Below are positions 1-11,900 of a DNA stretch of 64,000 bases, one piece after another. The stretch spans positions 12,090,001 to 12,154,000 of the forward strand of contig CATNEN010000039.1 in the NCBI GenBank assembly GCA_950097015.1, read 5' to 3'. Every line of letters starts with the position of its first letter. Within the stretch, counting starts at the first letter, position 1. The notes beneath the pieces are model-generated. The model did not search any database, was not told the origin of the DNA, and worked only from the letters and a program-made list of their open reading frames with translations. Origin of the DNA: Macrostomum hystrix (Eukaryota > Animalia > Platyhelminthes). Both the position numbers and the translations under genes were made by a program.

Positions 1-867
1 CCCCCTGAGCACCAACTGCCGGATCGGAGAACTTGCAGTCCAGCATGCGATTGATTTCGTCTATGGCCAGGGCTAGGTTGGTGGCCTGGCGATTGGATGG
101 ACAACTCAACTGCTGTGTCTGTTTACTCAACTGCTGTGTCTGTTTACTCAACTGCCGTGTCTGTTTACTCAACTGCCGTGTCTGTTTACTCAACTGCCGT
201 GTTTGTTTACTCAACTGCTGTGTCTGTTTACTCAACTTCCGTGTCTGTTTACTCAACTGCCGTGTCTGTTTACTCAACTGCTGTGTCTGTTTACTCAACT
301 GCTGTGTCTGTTTACTCAACTGCCGTGTCTGTTTACTCAACTGCTGTGTCTGTTTACTCAACTGCTGTGTCTGTTTACTCAACTGCCGTGTCTGTTTACT
401 CAACTGCCGTGTCTGTCTACTCAACTGCCGTGTCTGTTTACTCAACTGCCGTGTCTGTCTACTCAACTGCCGTGTCTGTTTACTCAACTGCCGTGTCTGT
501 CTACTCAACTGCCGTGTCTGTCTACTCAACTGCCGTGTCTGTTTACTCAACTGCCGTGTCTGTCTACTCAACTGCCGTGTCTGTTTACTCAACTGCCGTC
601 TCTGTTTACTCAACTACCGTGTCTGTTTACTCAACTACCGTGTCTGTTTACTCAACAGTTTATTAACAAACGGAACCAAAGACGGTGGCTCACCTGGAAG
701 CCGGTGGTCGCAAAGGATTTCATCAGCGCGTCCAGACTGCCACCATCGGGCGCATTGAAGTCGTGACCGCGAACCGGAGCCTCAACGCCCAGCGGCAGCT
801 GGCCAGAAGCCATCAGCACCGCCTGCTGGCTTATCTGCGGTGGCTGCTGCGGATGCCGATTCGACAT
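1..867 (-). CDS. DHPS: Deoxyhypusine synthase, 5' part (exon 1 867-694; exon 2 from 85, running off the window)
   Basis: Spliced translation AVLMASGQLP...VRGHDFN...ALMKSFATTGFQ|ATNLALAIDEINRMLD matches the DHS N-terminus (VRGYDFN...FGTTGFQATN). GT..AG intron 693-86 is in phase 0. An alternative ATG lies at 885. Confidence 0.9.
104..656. repeat. 21-bp minisatellite (actcaactgccgtgtctgttt)n in DHPS intron 1
   Basis: Direct tandem copies; source of the STAVSVY/LLNCRVC ORFs. Confidence 0.95.
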
Positions 868-940
868 GACGCTGAAACGGACCATAGAGTCAGTTGGATG
901 AATTAGGACTCAAATTGACTCGATATCTGATGCGTCAGCT

Positions 941-1390
941 AGCTCAGCATGGTGTACTCAGGGTGAGCTCAGCATGGTGTACTCAGGGTGAGCTCAGCAT
1001 GGTGTACTCAGGGTGAGCTCAGCATGGTGTACTCAGGGTGAGCTCAGCATAGTGTACTCAGGGTGAGCTCAGCATGGTGTACTCAGGGTGAGCTCAGCAT
1101 GGTGTACTCAGGGTGAGCTCAGCATGGTGTACTCAGGGTGAGCTCAGCATGGTGTACTCAGAGTGAGCTCAGCATGGTGTACTCAGGGTGAGCTCAGCAT
1201 GGTGTACTCAGGGTGAGCTCAGCATGGTGTACTCAGGGTGAGCTCAGCATGGTGTACTCAGGGTGAACTCAGCATGGTGTACTCAACTAGCTCAGCATGG
1301 TGTACTCAACTAGCTCAGCATGGTGTACTCAACTAGCTCAGCATGGAGTACTCAGGGACTCAACTAGCTCAGCAAGGAGTACTCAGGGAC
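941..1390. repeat. 25-bp minisatellite (agctcagcatggtgtactcagggtg)n, intergenic
   Basis: Direct tandem copies degenerating at the right end. Confidence 0.95.
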
Positions 1391-1637
1391 TCATCTCATA
1401 TCGTAAAAAACGGACACTGAGTCATTCACTGCAACATAGCAAAATCACTTTCTGTGACACACCAATGAGGTTGTTGTCTCCAGGTTTTTAAAACAAAACC
1501 AAACAAGGCTTACTTTCAAAAGTAACGAGAACACTTTACAACGATAAAATTTGAAAGACTAGAAAATCAAACATTTTTTGGCACAGATTTGAAGCCACTA
1601 AATATCAGTTTCTATGAGATTGATTGAGGATAACCAA

Positions 1638-3778
1638 TCAATCGATCTTATCTCTCGGATCTAGCCGGCGTCGCTTCATCCTGTCGGTTAGCAGCAACCC
1701 GACGGCCAGCGGACAGGCCACCGCCGCCGACAACAGCGCTGCCGTCACCTGACTAGGCGCTTCGAAGCCTACGCCGCCACCAAAAGCGGCCTCTATAACA
1801 CCGCCAAGCAACGGAGCCAACAGGCGCGCCAAAGAGTTCACGGACTGCGAAGCGCCCATCGCGTCGGCCAGAGCGTCTGGAGCAGCTCCGCCGCCCAGCC
1901 TTCGCCTAATCAGCGACGGATAAGCGTCTCTGGCCAGGCCGTTAAAGAAGCTGAGAGGAGCCTGGGCGGCGCAGAACTCGGCCAGATTGGCGACTAAGCC
2001 GGAGGCCGCCAATGCCAGGGAGGCGGCCTGGCCTAGAGCGGAGATCAATACAAGGCCGTCAGGATCAAGGCCTGTTGCACACTGCAGCCAGCCAACAGTC
2101 AGGCCAGACAGCAGGCCGGAGACTGCGCCGAGCGAAGTGGCAAAGCCGGCTTCGGAAGGCGAGGCGGCGAAGCGCAGACTTAAGGCGAGGGCGAAATTGT
2201 GACGGAATAATTGAGCAGCAAGAGACATTGGCAGTTGAAGAGCTAGAAGATCCGCTACGGATAGAGCCGCTGATAGTGTCGACCAGGATGACGATGGCGA
2301 CTTCGCCGAAGCGGTTCGGCTTTCCTGGAAACCCGAAAAGCGGTTGCCAGCAGCCGACGCAGCCGGGATAATCGCGGCTAAGACAAGGAAGCCGCAGCTG
2401 GCGAGGCCGGCAGGCAGGCTGAAGCCACCAATGTCGAATGCGAAGCCGCCAAGCAGCGGACCGGCAATGAAGCCGAGAGACGACAGTGTCGAATGCGCGC
2501 CTAGCAGACGAATTCGGCGATTTTCCTCCGATTCGTCAGCGGCTGGAGGAGAGGCAGCGAGCTGGGTTCGCTGCAGGGTCTGGCTGTGCTTGAACACGGC
2601 CGTGAATAGCCGGACAACGGCCAGGCTGGCAAAGTTTGGCGGCGCCAAGGCGAGCGCCAGGTAGCCCAGGGCGGTGGCCACGCAGCACAGGCGGTGGGCG
2701 CCGCCGGCACCGAATCGGTGAACGAGACGGCCCTGGAGAGACAAGAGCAACGGTAGGGATTCGAGTTAGCCAATGACTAGGACCAGTCTAGGACCAGACT
2801 AGGACCAGACTAGGACCAGACTAGGACCAGACTAGGACCAGACTAGGACCAGACTAGGGCCAGACTAGGACCAGACTAGGACCAGACTAGAACTAGACTA
2901 GGACAAAGTCAGAACCAGACTAGGGCCAGGCTAGGACCAGACTAGGACCAGACTAGGACCAGACTTCAGGACTAGACAAGGACCAGACTACAGGATCAAG
3001 CTAGGACCAGACTAGGACCAGACTAGGACTAGACTAGGACAAAGTTAGAACCAGACTAGGGCCAGGCTAGGACCAGACTAGGACCAGACTAGGACCAGAC
3101 TTCAGGACTAAACAAGGACCAGACTACAGGATCAAGCTAGGACCAGACTAGGACCAGACTAGGACCAGACTAGGACCAGACTTCAGGACTAAACAAGGAC
3201 CAGACTACAGGATCAAGCTAGGACCAGACTAGGACCAGACTAGGACCAGACTACAGGATCAAGCTAGGACCAGACTAAGACCAGACCAAGACCAGACTAC
3301 AGGATCTGACTACAGGACTAGACTAGGACCAGAATAGGACCAGAATAGGACCAGGCTAGGACCAGGCTTTGAAGATACTATAAGCAGGACCAACTTACGC
3401 AAATGGAACTTGAAAATATTTGCACAGCGCCGTATTCCGATTCTAAAATAGAAAAAAATAAGAGAGAAAAAATATATTAGCTCGTAGAAGTCATTTTTAA
3501 GTGAAATTGCATCTGTCACTAACGAATCAGTCCCATATAAAATGGTCCGATGCCCACAGATTTGAGATAGCTTGGCAGGCAGGTGATAATCATGCTGACA
3601 CTAAACAAGTCCTGGAAAACATATAATACAAGCATTTCTTAGCACAACAAATAAACAATACAAGCAAAATAAGCATCCAGATGATTTTCAAAACAGAATT
3701 ACGCACCAGAAAGCCAGCCAAGCAGAGCAGAAACTGATGCCTGTCTTGACTTGCCAAGTCAAATAGAAACCAACGAGA
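1638..3778 (-). CDS. MFSD9: MFS transporter, MFSD9-like (exons 3778-3707, 3611-3524, 3442-3399, 2732-1638); no genomic ATG in exon 1
   Basis: Spliced FLLCLAGFL|DLFSVSMII...GLI|QSEYGAVQIFSSSIC|GRLVHRFG...GYLAL...AVFKHS...LGFIAGPLLGG matches recalled MFSD9 ([21 protein letters not shown]...SSYGILQLFSS...GIFKHT). All three introns are GT..AG with consistent phases. Confidence 0.82.
2776..3365. repeat. 11-bp minisatellite (ggaccagacta)n with higher-order variants, MFSD9 intron 3
   Basis: Direct tandem copies. Confidence 0.95.
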
Positions 3779-4005
3779 CTGGAAATCAATTGATTGATAA
3801 AATATAGTTATCAATATGGCTAATATACATCAATAAATATCTGCCAATTAATTTTTCGATTAAAGCATCAATGGATGGATCAAAAAGGACACTTGAACAT
3901 TAAAAAATTACTCAATTTATCAATCAGTTGATAAAATAGGTTAATCAATCAAATGAATATCGAGTAGCCAATTGATGGATTCAATCATTGATGGATTGTT
4001 GATTA

Positions 4006-4425
4006 CCCTGTAAAAAATTCGGCTGCTTCTTCGGGGGGTTTTTTTGTGCAAAATAGGAGTGGAATCTACCAAAATCCCACCTATCTCGCAAGAGTTAAAG
4101 AAACCACCCAGGAAGCAGCCGATGTAACCGTAAATTGTGCGGAAACCACCGAAGAATCACCCGAACCAGTGGCCCATGGGACAACCAGAGAATTATTTAC
4201 GGGCGATTCCTCGGCGGTTTCTGAGCATGGAATCTTCCGAACTGGAGGATTCTTTGGGTGATTCCATTTCGCCACCAAGAAGCACCGAGAAACCGCCCAG
4301 TTGGGTAGATTCTAAGCATGGAATCATCCGATTGGTATGTCTCCAGCGGTCGGCTGTTTCTTTTTCTGGAAACACCACATATTCCAACTGGAATCACCCA
4401 AAGAAACATCCCTATTTTTAGCGGG
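4006..4425. mobile_element. Putative MITE with imperfect terminal inverted repeats
   Basis: Left end ccctgtaaaaaattcggctgcttcttcgggg versus reverse-complemented right end cccgctaaaaatagggatgtttctttggg; TA on both flanks; GC-richer island in an AT-rich spacer. Confidence 0.5.
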
Positions 4426-5289
4426 TAACAACAATCAACATGCATTGATCAATCAATTAATCAATTTATGTATCTATCTATTGATCAATAAATAAACAGT
4501 CGATTGATGGATGATTGTTAACCTTTATATCTATCAAGCGAACGATAAATATCAAATTTCCATCCATCAATCGAATTAAATGAAATCGAATTGATAATTA
4601 AATTAAACTAAAAATAAATAAAAACTTAAACGAGTGCTTTTTCTGATCAAAAAAGAAACGCCAAACAACAAATCAAAATTTATTTTAATCCACTCCAAAA
4701 AACACAACTAAACAGCTTCCGTCAAGCAAAGTCGCGCAAGAAGATAAAAAGCTGGTTTGATTTGCGAGCACGATTCTAAACGACAGTATTTTTAATGCTT
4801 TGCAAACTAGACAAACAAAAGAAATATGGATTATGAAACTTCTACTTAAAATCAATCAATCAATAATCACGAGTTGATTAATCAAAAAAACAATGATAGA
4901 TTGGCGCTAGAAGTAGACCATATTGCAGTGTTGGTGATGAGAAATCTGCTGTTTCAGACAAAAAACCAAACCAAAAAACACCATCAAAACATGCAAACTA
5001 ATGCCAGTCTATGCCAGAGTTAAAAACCGGTTTGAAATCAACTATTCACCTGGATTTAATATTGGCTAATAAAAATTCTAAACTAGTATAATTCTGTACT
5101 AAAACTAGAGCATTAACTGTTGGTGCAGCTACACTAGGAAAATTACAATAGCAAAATATATTTCTTTGCATCACTGTTGATGCAGACAAATATGGAGAAG
5201 TTTCATTCAACTGGCGATCCCCGTAGGAAGAAAATTGAGGAAAATTGGGCTGGGAATATCTGTGTCTAAGAGAATTGGGGATAAATCTG

Positions 5290-5625
5290 TCAATTTTGGA
5301 AATGGGATAAATCTTAGTAAATTTTGGAAATGGGATAAATCTCAGTAAATTTTGGAAATGGGGATAAATCTCAGTGAATTTTGGAAATGGGATAATTCTC
5401 AGTAAATTTTGGAAATGGGATAAATCTCAGTAAATTTTGGAAATGGGATAATTCTCAGTAAATTTTGGAAATGGGATAATTCTCAGTAAATTTTGGAAAT
5501 GGGATAATTCTCAGTCAATTTTGGAAATGGGATAAATCTCAGTCAATTTAGGAAATGGGATAAATCTCAGTCAATTTAGAAAATGGGGATAAATCTCAGT
5601 CAATTTTGGAAATGGGATAAATCTC
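5290..5625. repeat. 28-bp minisatellite (aattttggaaatgggataaatctcagta)n
   Basis: Direct tandem copies downstream of the GBE1 stop. Confidence 0.92.
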
Positions 5626-5929
5626 AATAAATGGGGAAAATAAATGGGGATGGGGAAAATTATTTGTCAAATATAGGAAATCTTTGACTAAAGGTGATAA
5701 ATATGATTCAATTGTATTTGGTGACAAAAATTGTTCAATGGTAAATGGGGATAAATATGATTGAATGGGAAGTGGGGACGAAATCGTAGGATACGTTAGT
5801 AGAAGCTATCTAATAGCTACAGAAAAGAAGTAATGCAGCAGGGAAGCCTTATCTAGTGCAAAGCGTGGGTGCAGGCAATAGTTTCACCACGCATGCAGGT
5901 ACACCGGTGCAAAAGGACAGAGTAGGACA

Positions 5930-8900
5930 CTAATCGGCTTCCCTGGCCAGCACAATGGCGCAGCGGCAGGGCAAGTAGAGCATCAGCGAGTTGGCCCGAC
6001 CGTCAAAGTCGCCAGGCTGGCTAAAGAATAGTGTAGCCTCGTCCACTCGACCGTGGCCGCCAAACTCAGGCCTGTCAGTGTTGAGCACAATTCGGTAACG
6101 CCCCGCCTGGGCTAAGCCGACGCGATAATCCGTATAGCTGGAGCCGCAGTGCCAGTTGAAAGCGAACAGAAGGCCGGCCCGCTCGAAGATCACCACCTTG
6201 TCGCCATTGTGTTTCCTACTGACATAGCCTGGGCCGCAATGCAGCCAGCCGTGTTTAGCCTCGGCCTGGTTCATAGCCCGGTCAAAGTTGTTCAGATGCT
6301 GATAGCGCAACAGTTTATCGTCAACTAAATTAAACTGTCGCCTAGCGTAATAGAAGGACTCGGCATTGCCCAGGCGGGGAAAGTCGAGCCATTCCGGGTG
6401 ACCGAATTCGTTGCCAATAAAGTTCAGATAGCCTTCGCCACCGAGTGCGTGAGTGATTAGGCGAATCATCTTGTGCAGGGCAATGCCTCGGTCGATGATC
6501 AATGATGGGTCAGACAGGGTGGACATGTGGGTGTACATCTCCTTGTCCATCAGCCAGAAGGCGATGGTCTTGTCGCCTACGAGGGCCTGGTCGTGCGACT
6601 CGGCGTAGGCAATCGCCTTCTCGCCGTAGCGTCGATTCTCCAATTCGAAGCAGATCTTAGAAACGTCCCAGTCTTCGTCTGGCACACCTTTGAGCAGCTT
6701 GATCCACAGGTCCGGCACGGCCATGGCCAGGCGATAGTCGAATCCGTAGCCGCCGTGTTCAATAGGACGGCAGAGGCCGGGAAGGCCGCTGACCTCCTCC
6801 GCCACAGTGATGACAAACGGATAGGCTTTGTGCAGCACCCAGTTGGCCAGAGCGAGGTAAGTCAAGGACTCGGTGTCCACGCTCATGCCGAAGTACTCGT
6901 CGTAGTGACCGGAGAAATTGTGGTTGAGGCCGTGATGATGGTACAGCATGGACATGCAGCCGTCGAATCTGAAACCATCGAAGCCATATTCTTCGATCCA
7001 CCAGGTCAGGTTGGACAATAGGAAACGGAGGACCTGTGGTACCGAATAAATGTTTGTCTTTTATTTTATTAGATACTTAATATTTAGAAATAGGCTTTTA
7101 GTATACCTAACCAAATGGGGTCGGTGGCAGAGCGGTTAACGCGTTTGCCTCTCGCGCCAAGGTCCCTTAGCTCGATTCCGCGGCGAGGCCACATTCATTT
7201 GGGGCGCAGCCGCGGAGAGAAGGCTTGGTGGCTTGTCGTGCAATTTACGCCTTTGAGGGCCAACCTCCAATACACAGTGAGAGTGTACACTGCCTGACGA
7301 TGAGAAAGTCAGGGCAGATGTACACACCTGTGTGAGTGTGTGCTCAGGAGTCAGCGAAATGGGCAGAATTGCCTCCTTAATGGCTACAGGTCACCAAATG
7401 ATGTGTCATTGCCCGCAGCCATCCTGCAATTATTATTATTATTATTACCTAATAAAATTTGGGCACCGATTGGGGCAGGTCTAATCAATCATTATTATTC
7501 GCATGTTCGGGAGGCAGGTGGTATGATTGGTCGCTGACTCGCTGTATGCTTATTTAAATCTACCTTATTTACAATTACTGTACGCCCGCTTCCACTCTGC
7601 GCACTCACCTTGTTTCTCTAACCCTCGTTCGCATTGTGCAGTGGCATCGTCCACCCACCCCCTCCGTTTTAGCCTATTTGCACTGAATTATAATAAACGT
7701 GTGGAGGCTCCCCCCTCCGGTTCAAGTGGTTGGTTAGCGCGATTTGCCTACCGTTTTGAGCACAGCATAATTGGCTACTAGCTATCGGCCTTTTTTTGGA
7801 TTGCTCCAGTACATTATTTTGGTAGCAGAGCGTGGTTGGGCAAGGCCTAAGTTTCCACGCTGAATAAACAACAACTACTGTGCAACCAGAGGCCACGATG
7901 GAATACGACAACGACATTCCACCGCAGCAGGACGAACAAGAAGAGGATCGCGCGCTGCATTTGGAGAAGCTGCGCTTTGAGAAGTCCAGAAGAAAGGCAA
8001 CGCTAACTCGGTGTAAGAGCAAGCTATCATGGCTGCTACAGAAACGCGCTTCTGACGACGAAGTGCAAGAAGCCTGTGACAACCTGTCGGATCTGCAGGA
8101 GCAAGTCAGCACCGTTCAGGAACAGCTTTACGAAGGCTACGTGAGCACAAAGGACGACGAGAGGCGACAGCGTCTGCTCGACGAGATGGAGGAGATGGAG
8201 CGCGACTACCAGGCTGCGATTCAACGCGTCGAATCTGCCAGGGGCCGTCAAGCGCAACGCGAACAAGAAGCGCCTCCTGCTGCGAGGGCAAATGCCGAAG
8301 ACGCTGCTGCAAACCAAGACGAAGCAGTTGGTGAGTTAGACAGACTTTCTGTTAGCGCTGCGTCCAGCAAGGCGTCGCACCCCAAGGAGATCTCCAAGGA
8401 CCTGTGGAAGATGTTAAAGCGTGTTGAAATCCCAACGTTCAGTGGGGACAAGCAGAGTTACGAGAACTGGAAGGCAGCTTTTGTGGCGTGCATTGATAGC
8501 GCCCCCGCTACGCCCGAGTTTAAATTGCTGCAACTCAGGCAGTACCTACAAGGTGAGGCATTGAAGGTCATCGAGCACTTAGGGCACTCAGCGACGGCAT
8601 ATGAGGCGGCCAAGGAAAGACTTGATAGAGAGTTCGGTGGAAAACGCCGGCAACTCGCCTTGCACTTGGAGGAGTTGGATAACTTTCCTGCGGTGCGCTA
8701 CGGAAACACTAAAGATCTGAAAAGTTTTGCAAATTTGCTGGATATAGCCGTGATTAATTTAGAAGAGGCTGGAAAGGACACTGAGCTGCAAGATGGAATG
8801 CTGTATGTCAGACTGCAGAAGAAACTGCCCGAGCAAATGGTTTCCCACTATCGGAGGTGGATCTTTGAGCAACGGAAGCAGGAAAGTGTCAGGAATCTTC

Positions 8901-11900
8901 GGATGTGGGTGCTGCAAGAAGCGGAATTTCAGACCGAAGCGTTGGAAATCGTGCAGGGCGTTGCCACGCCTCACCTAGAGAGCCAGAAGTCCATCCACCG
9001 CGGAGCGCGGGATCAACGACCGAAGACATTTCATAGCGCCGTGAGTGAGAAAAAAGGGCAGTCGAAAAGTTGCATGGTGTGCCAAGGTGACCACGAGTTG
9101 TGGTCCTGCAGCGAGTTTAAGAAGCTTCCGGTGAACAAGCGCTGGGAGGCTGCGCAGCGCTCGAAGGCCTGCTTCAGGTGCTTAGGCCAAGGCCATGTGA
9201 GCAGTAAGTGCAGGCGCAGCCGACAATGCGGCATCGACAACTGCTCGAAATTCCATCATCGCTTGCTGCACGCTGATAAACACCAAGCCACCATCGATCT
9301 CGTCGAGCCTAGCCAAGCCAAGCGAAACCAAGCCAAGCCGTCAGACGCCAAGCCGGGCGAGGTCGCCGGGTCGAACAGTTCGAAACAAGCCGGTTCCGTG
9401 ACGCTGCTGTCGGCCAGCAAGAGCGACGTCTCACTTCGAACAGTGCCAGTAGTCCTGAGACACGGGGCGCGGAAGCTGAAGGTGAACGCGCTGCTGGATG
9501 ACGCCAGCACTAGGAGCTACATCAACGTCGGGATCGCGCAAGCGCTAGGACTGCAGGGAGCTCTCGAGAAGGTCGAGGTAGGCGTGATCAACGGTCAATC
9601 GGAGACGTTCATGACAGCCCCGATCAGCTTCACCGTGGAAAGCATGGACGGTCGTGCATCCACTGAGCTCACCGCCTTCACTGCAGATCACGTGACGGGA
9701 TCCCTCAAAGGCGTCAACTGGCGCGAGCTGGGGCAGTGGTGGCCGCATCTCCGGGACGTGCCGTTTCCCAAGCTCTGTGAACCAGCTGTCGTGGACCTGC
9801 TGATCGGAGCGGATTACCCGGATTTTCACGTGTCACTCGAAGAGGTTGTCGGACAGCCATGGGAGCCGAAAGCTCGCCTCACACCGCTGGGGTGGACGTG
9901 CATCGGTCGCACAGAGCAGACGTTAAGCTCAAAAAGGCAGAGCACCCATTTCGCCACCACGTTCTTCAGCTGCGAAACCGAGAGCAGTCAGGTGTCCAGC
10001 ATCCTCAGACAGTTTTGGGAGATCGAGAACGTCGCGGATGAGAACAGTCGAAATCCATTGACGTCTGACGAGGAGAAAGCCATCAATCAAGCTAATGCAT
10101 CGTTGCAGTATAGTAATGGGCGCTACCAGATCGGGATTCCCTGGAAGGAAAAACGTCTGTGTCCGAAAGACACTTTTCCGATGGCCTTGAAGCGGTTGAA
10201 GAACACCGAACAGCGACTGATGAAGGACATGCAAATTCGCAGACAGTATCAAGCCGTGATCGACAAGTACGTGCAGCAAGGCTATGTCCGGAAGGTTGCG
10301 CAAGCTGAGAACGAAGAACGCTGTTTTCTGCCACATTTCCCGGTGCTGCGGCCGGATAAGGCGACAACAAAAGTGCGGATTGTGTTCGACGCGTCAGCTG
10401 CCGCATTGAATGACCAGATCCTCCAGGGTCCCAAGCTGCAGCGCGACCTGGTGGAAGTTCTGCTTCGGTTCCGTCGATTTCCCATCGCGATCGCATGCAA
10501 TGTCGCAGAGATGTACCTGCAAATCGAGATGGAGCCCAAGGACAGGCCGCTGCACAGTTTCCTGTGGCGGGATGCCGACGCTTCCAGGCCGCCGGATGTC
10601 TACGAGTTCAATCGAGTAGTGTTCGGAGTCACGAGCTCGCCGTTCTTAGCACAAGTCGTCATCCGCTCTCACGCCGAGAAACTGAAAAGCGAGCTACCGG
10701 AGGCGGCAGAGACAGTGTTGCACTCAACATACATGGACGACAGTCTCGACTCAGCACCCAACGAGGCCGCTGCCTGCCGGTTGTACGAGCAGCTCAGAGA
10801 GTTATGGAGACGCGCCGGCATGCATGCGCGCAAGTGGGTGTCGAATTCAAGAGCTGTGCTCAAGCAAGTGCCGCCGGACGATCGAGCAGCTGAGGTGACC
10901 TTAGACAGCAGAGAACTCCCGAGCACCAAGACATTAGGTGTCACTTGGCAGAGTGAGCAAGACGAATTCACGTTTAAGCAAGAATTAGATGCGTGTCAGG
11001 TGACCACCAAGAGAAGTCTGTTGAAGAAGCTGGCGAGCGTCTTTGATCCGCTTGGTTTGATTTCTCCATTTGTTGTGCAAGCAAAAATGTTAATGCAGGA
11101 GCTGTGGCAGTGTGGTCTTGATTGGGACGAAACGCTGAATGCGGACCTCTTAGCGAGAGCGAGCGATTGGTGCAGAGACCTGAAACACCTGAGTGAGATC
11201 CGACTACCGAGGGCGCTGGAGGAGGCAGAGGCAAAAAATGGCAGTCTGCACGTGTTTGTGGATGCGTCGGAGAAAGCGTACGGAGCTGTGCGCGAACTTC
11301 AGGAACTGGTCAACGCGTTGGACACCAAGAAGCTGAAGCAACAGACAGCCTACCAGCAGATGCGATGGCACTTCAATCCTCCCGCTGCTCCGCACTTCGG
11401 CGGCGTGCATGAAATAATGATAAAGGCGGCAAAGAAGGCTATTTGGAATACGTTGAAGGAAGCGGACGTCACGGACGAGGAGCTGCTGAGTGCCGTTGCT
11501 GGAGCGGAAGCGCTGTTAAATTCGAGACCACTGACCTACCAATCGGCCCATCCGAGCGACGACGTTCCGCTGACTCCAAACCACTTCCTCATCGGGCAAG
11601 GCGGTGGGCAGTTTGCTCCGGAGGTGGACGTGGACATCGCGCGCAGCCCTTCAAAAAGATGGCGACATGTTCAGCAGCTAGTGGCGCAGGTCTGGCGGCG
11701 GTGGTTGCGCGAGTGGCTGCCGGGACTCGAGCCGCGCAGCAAGTGGCGCCGAGAGCTTCCTGATCTACAGCCCGGAGACGTGGCGCTGCTCGTGAGTCCG
11801 GACTCGCCTCGAGGTCATTGGCCGCTGGCTCGCGTGTTGGAGGTGACTCGCGGCCCCGACGGTCACGTGAGAGTCGCCACGATCAGAGTCGGTGACCGCA

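Noticed and set aside
33-766. Long repetitive ORFs in three frames (LLNCRVC, STAVSVY, FTQLPCL)
   Set aside because: Translations of a 21-bp minisatellite inside DHPS intron 1, on the strand opposite the real gene.
7117-7190. tRNA gene (also tRNA-like stretches near 13270-13330, 35200-35275 and 36965-37015)
   Set aside because: No complete cloverleaf; the 7117 head continues into a SINE body and tail, and the others are degenerate fragments.
7527-7781. Duplicated 84-aa ORF (also 12744-12998)
   Set aside because: Incidental ORF inside the two LTRs, with a non-ATG start.
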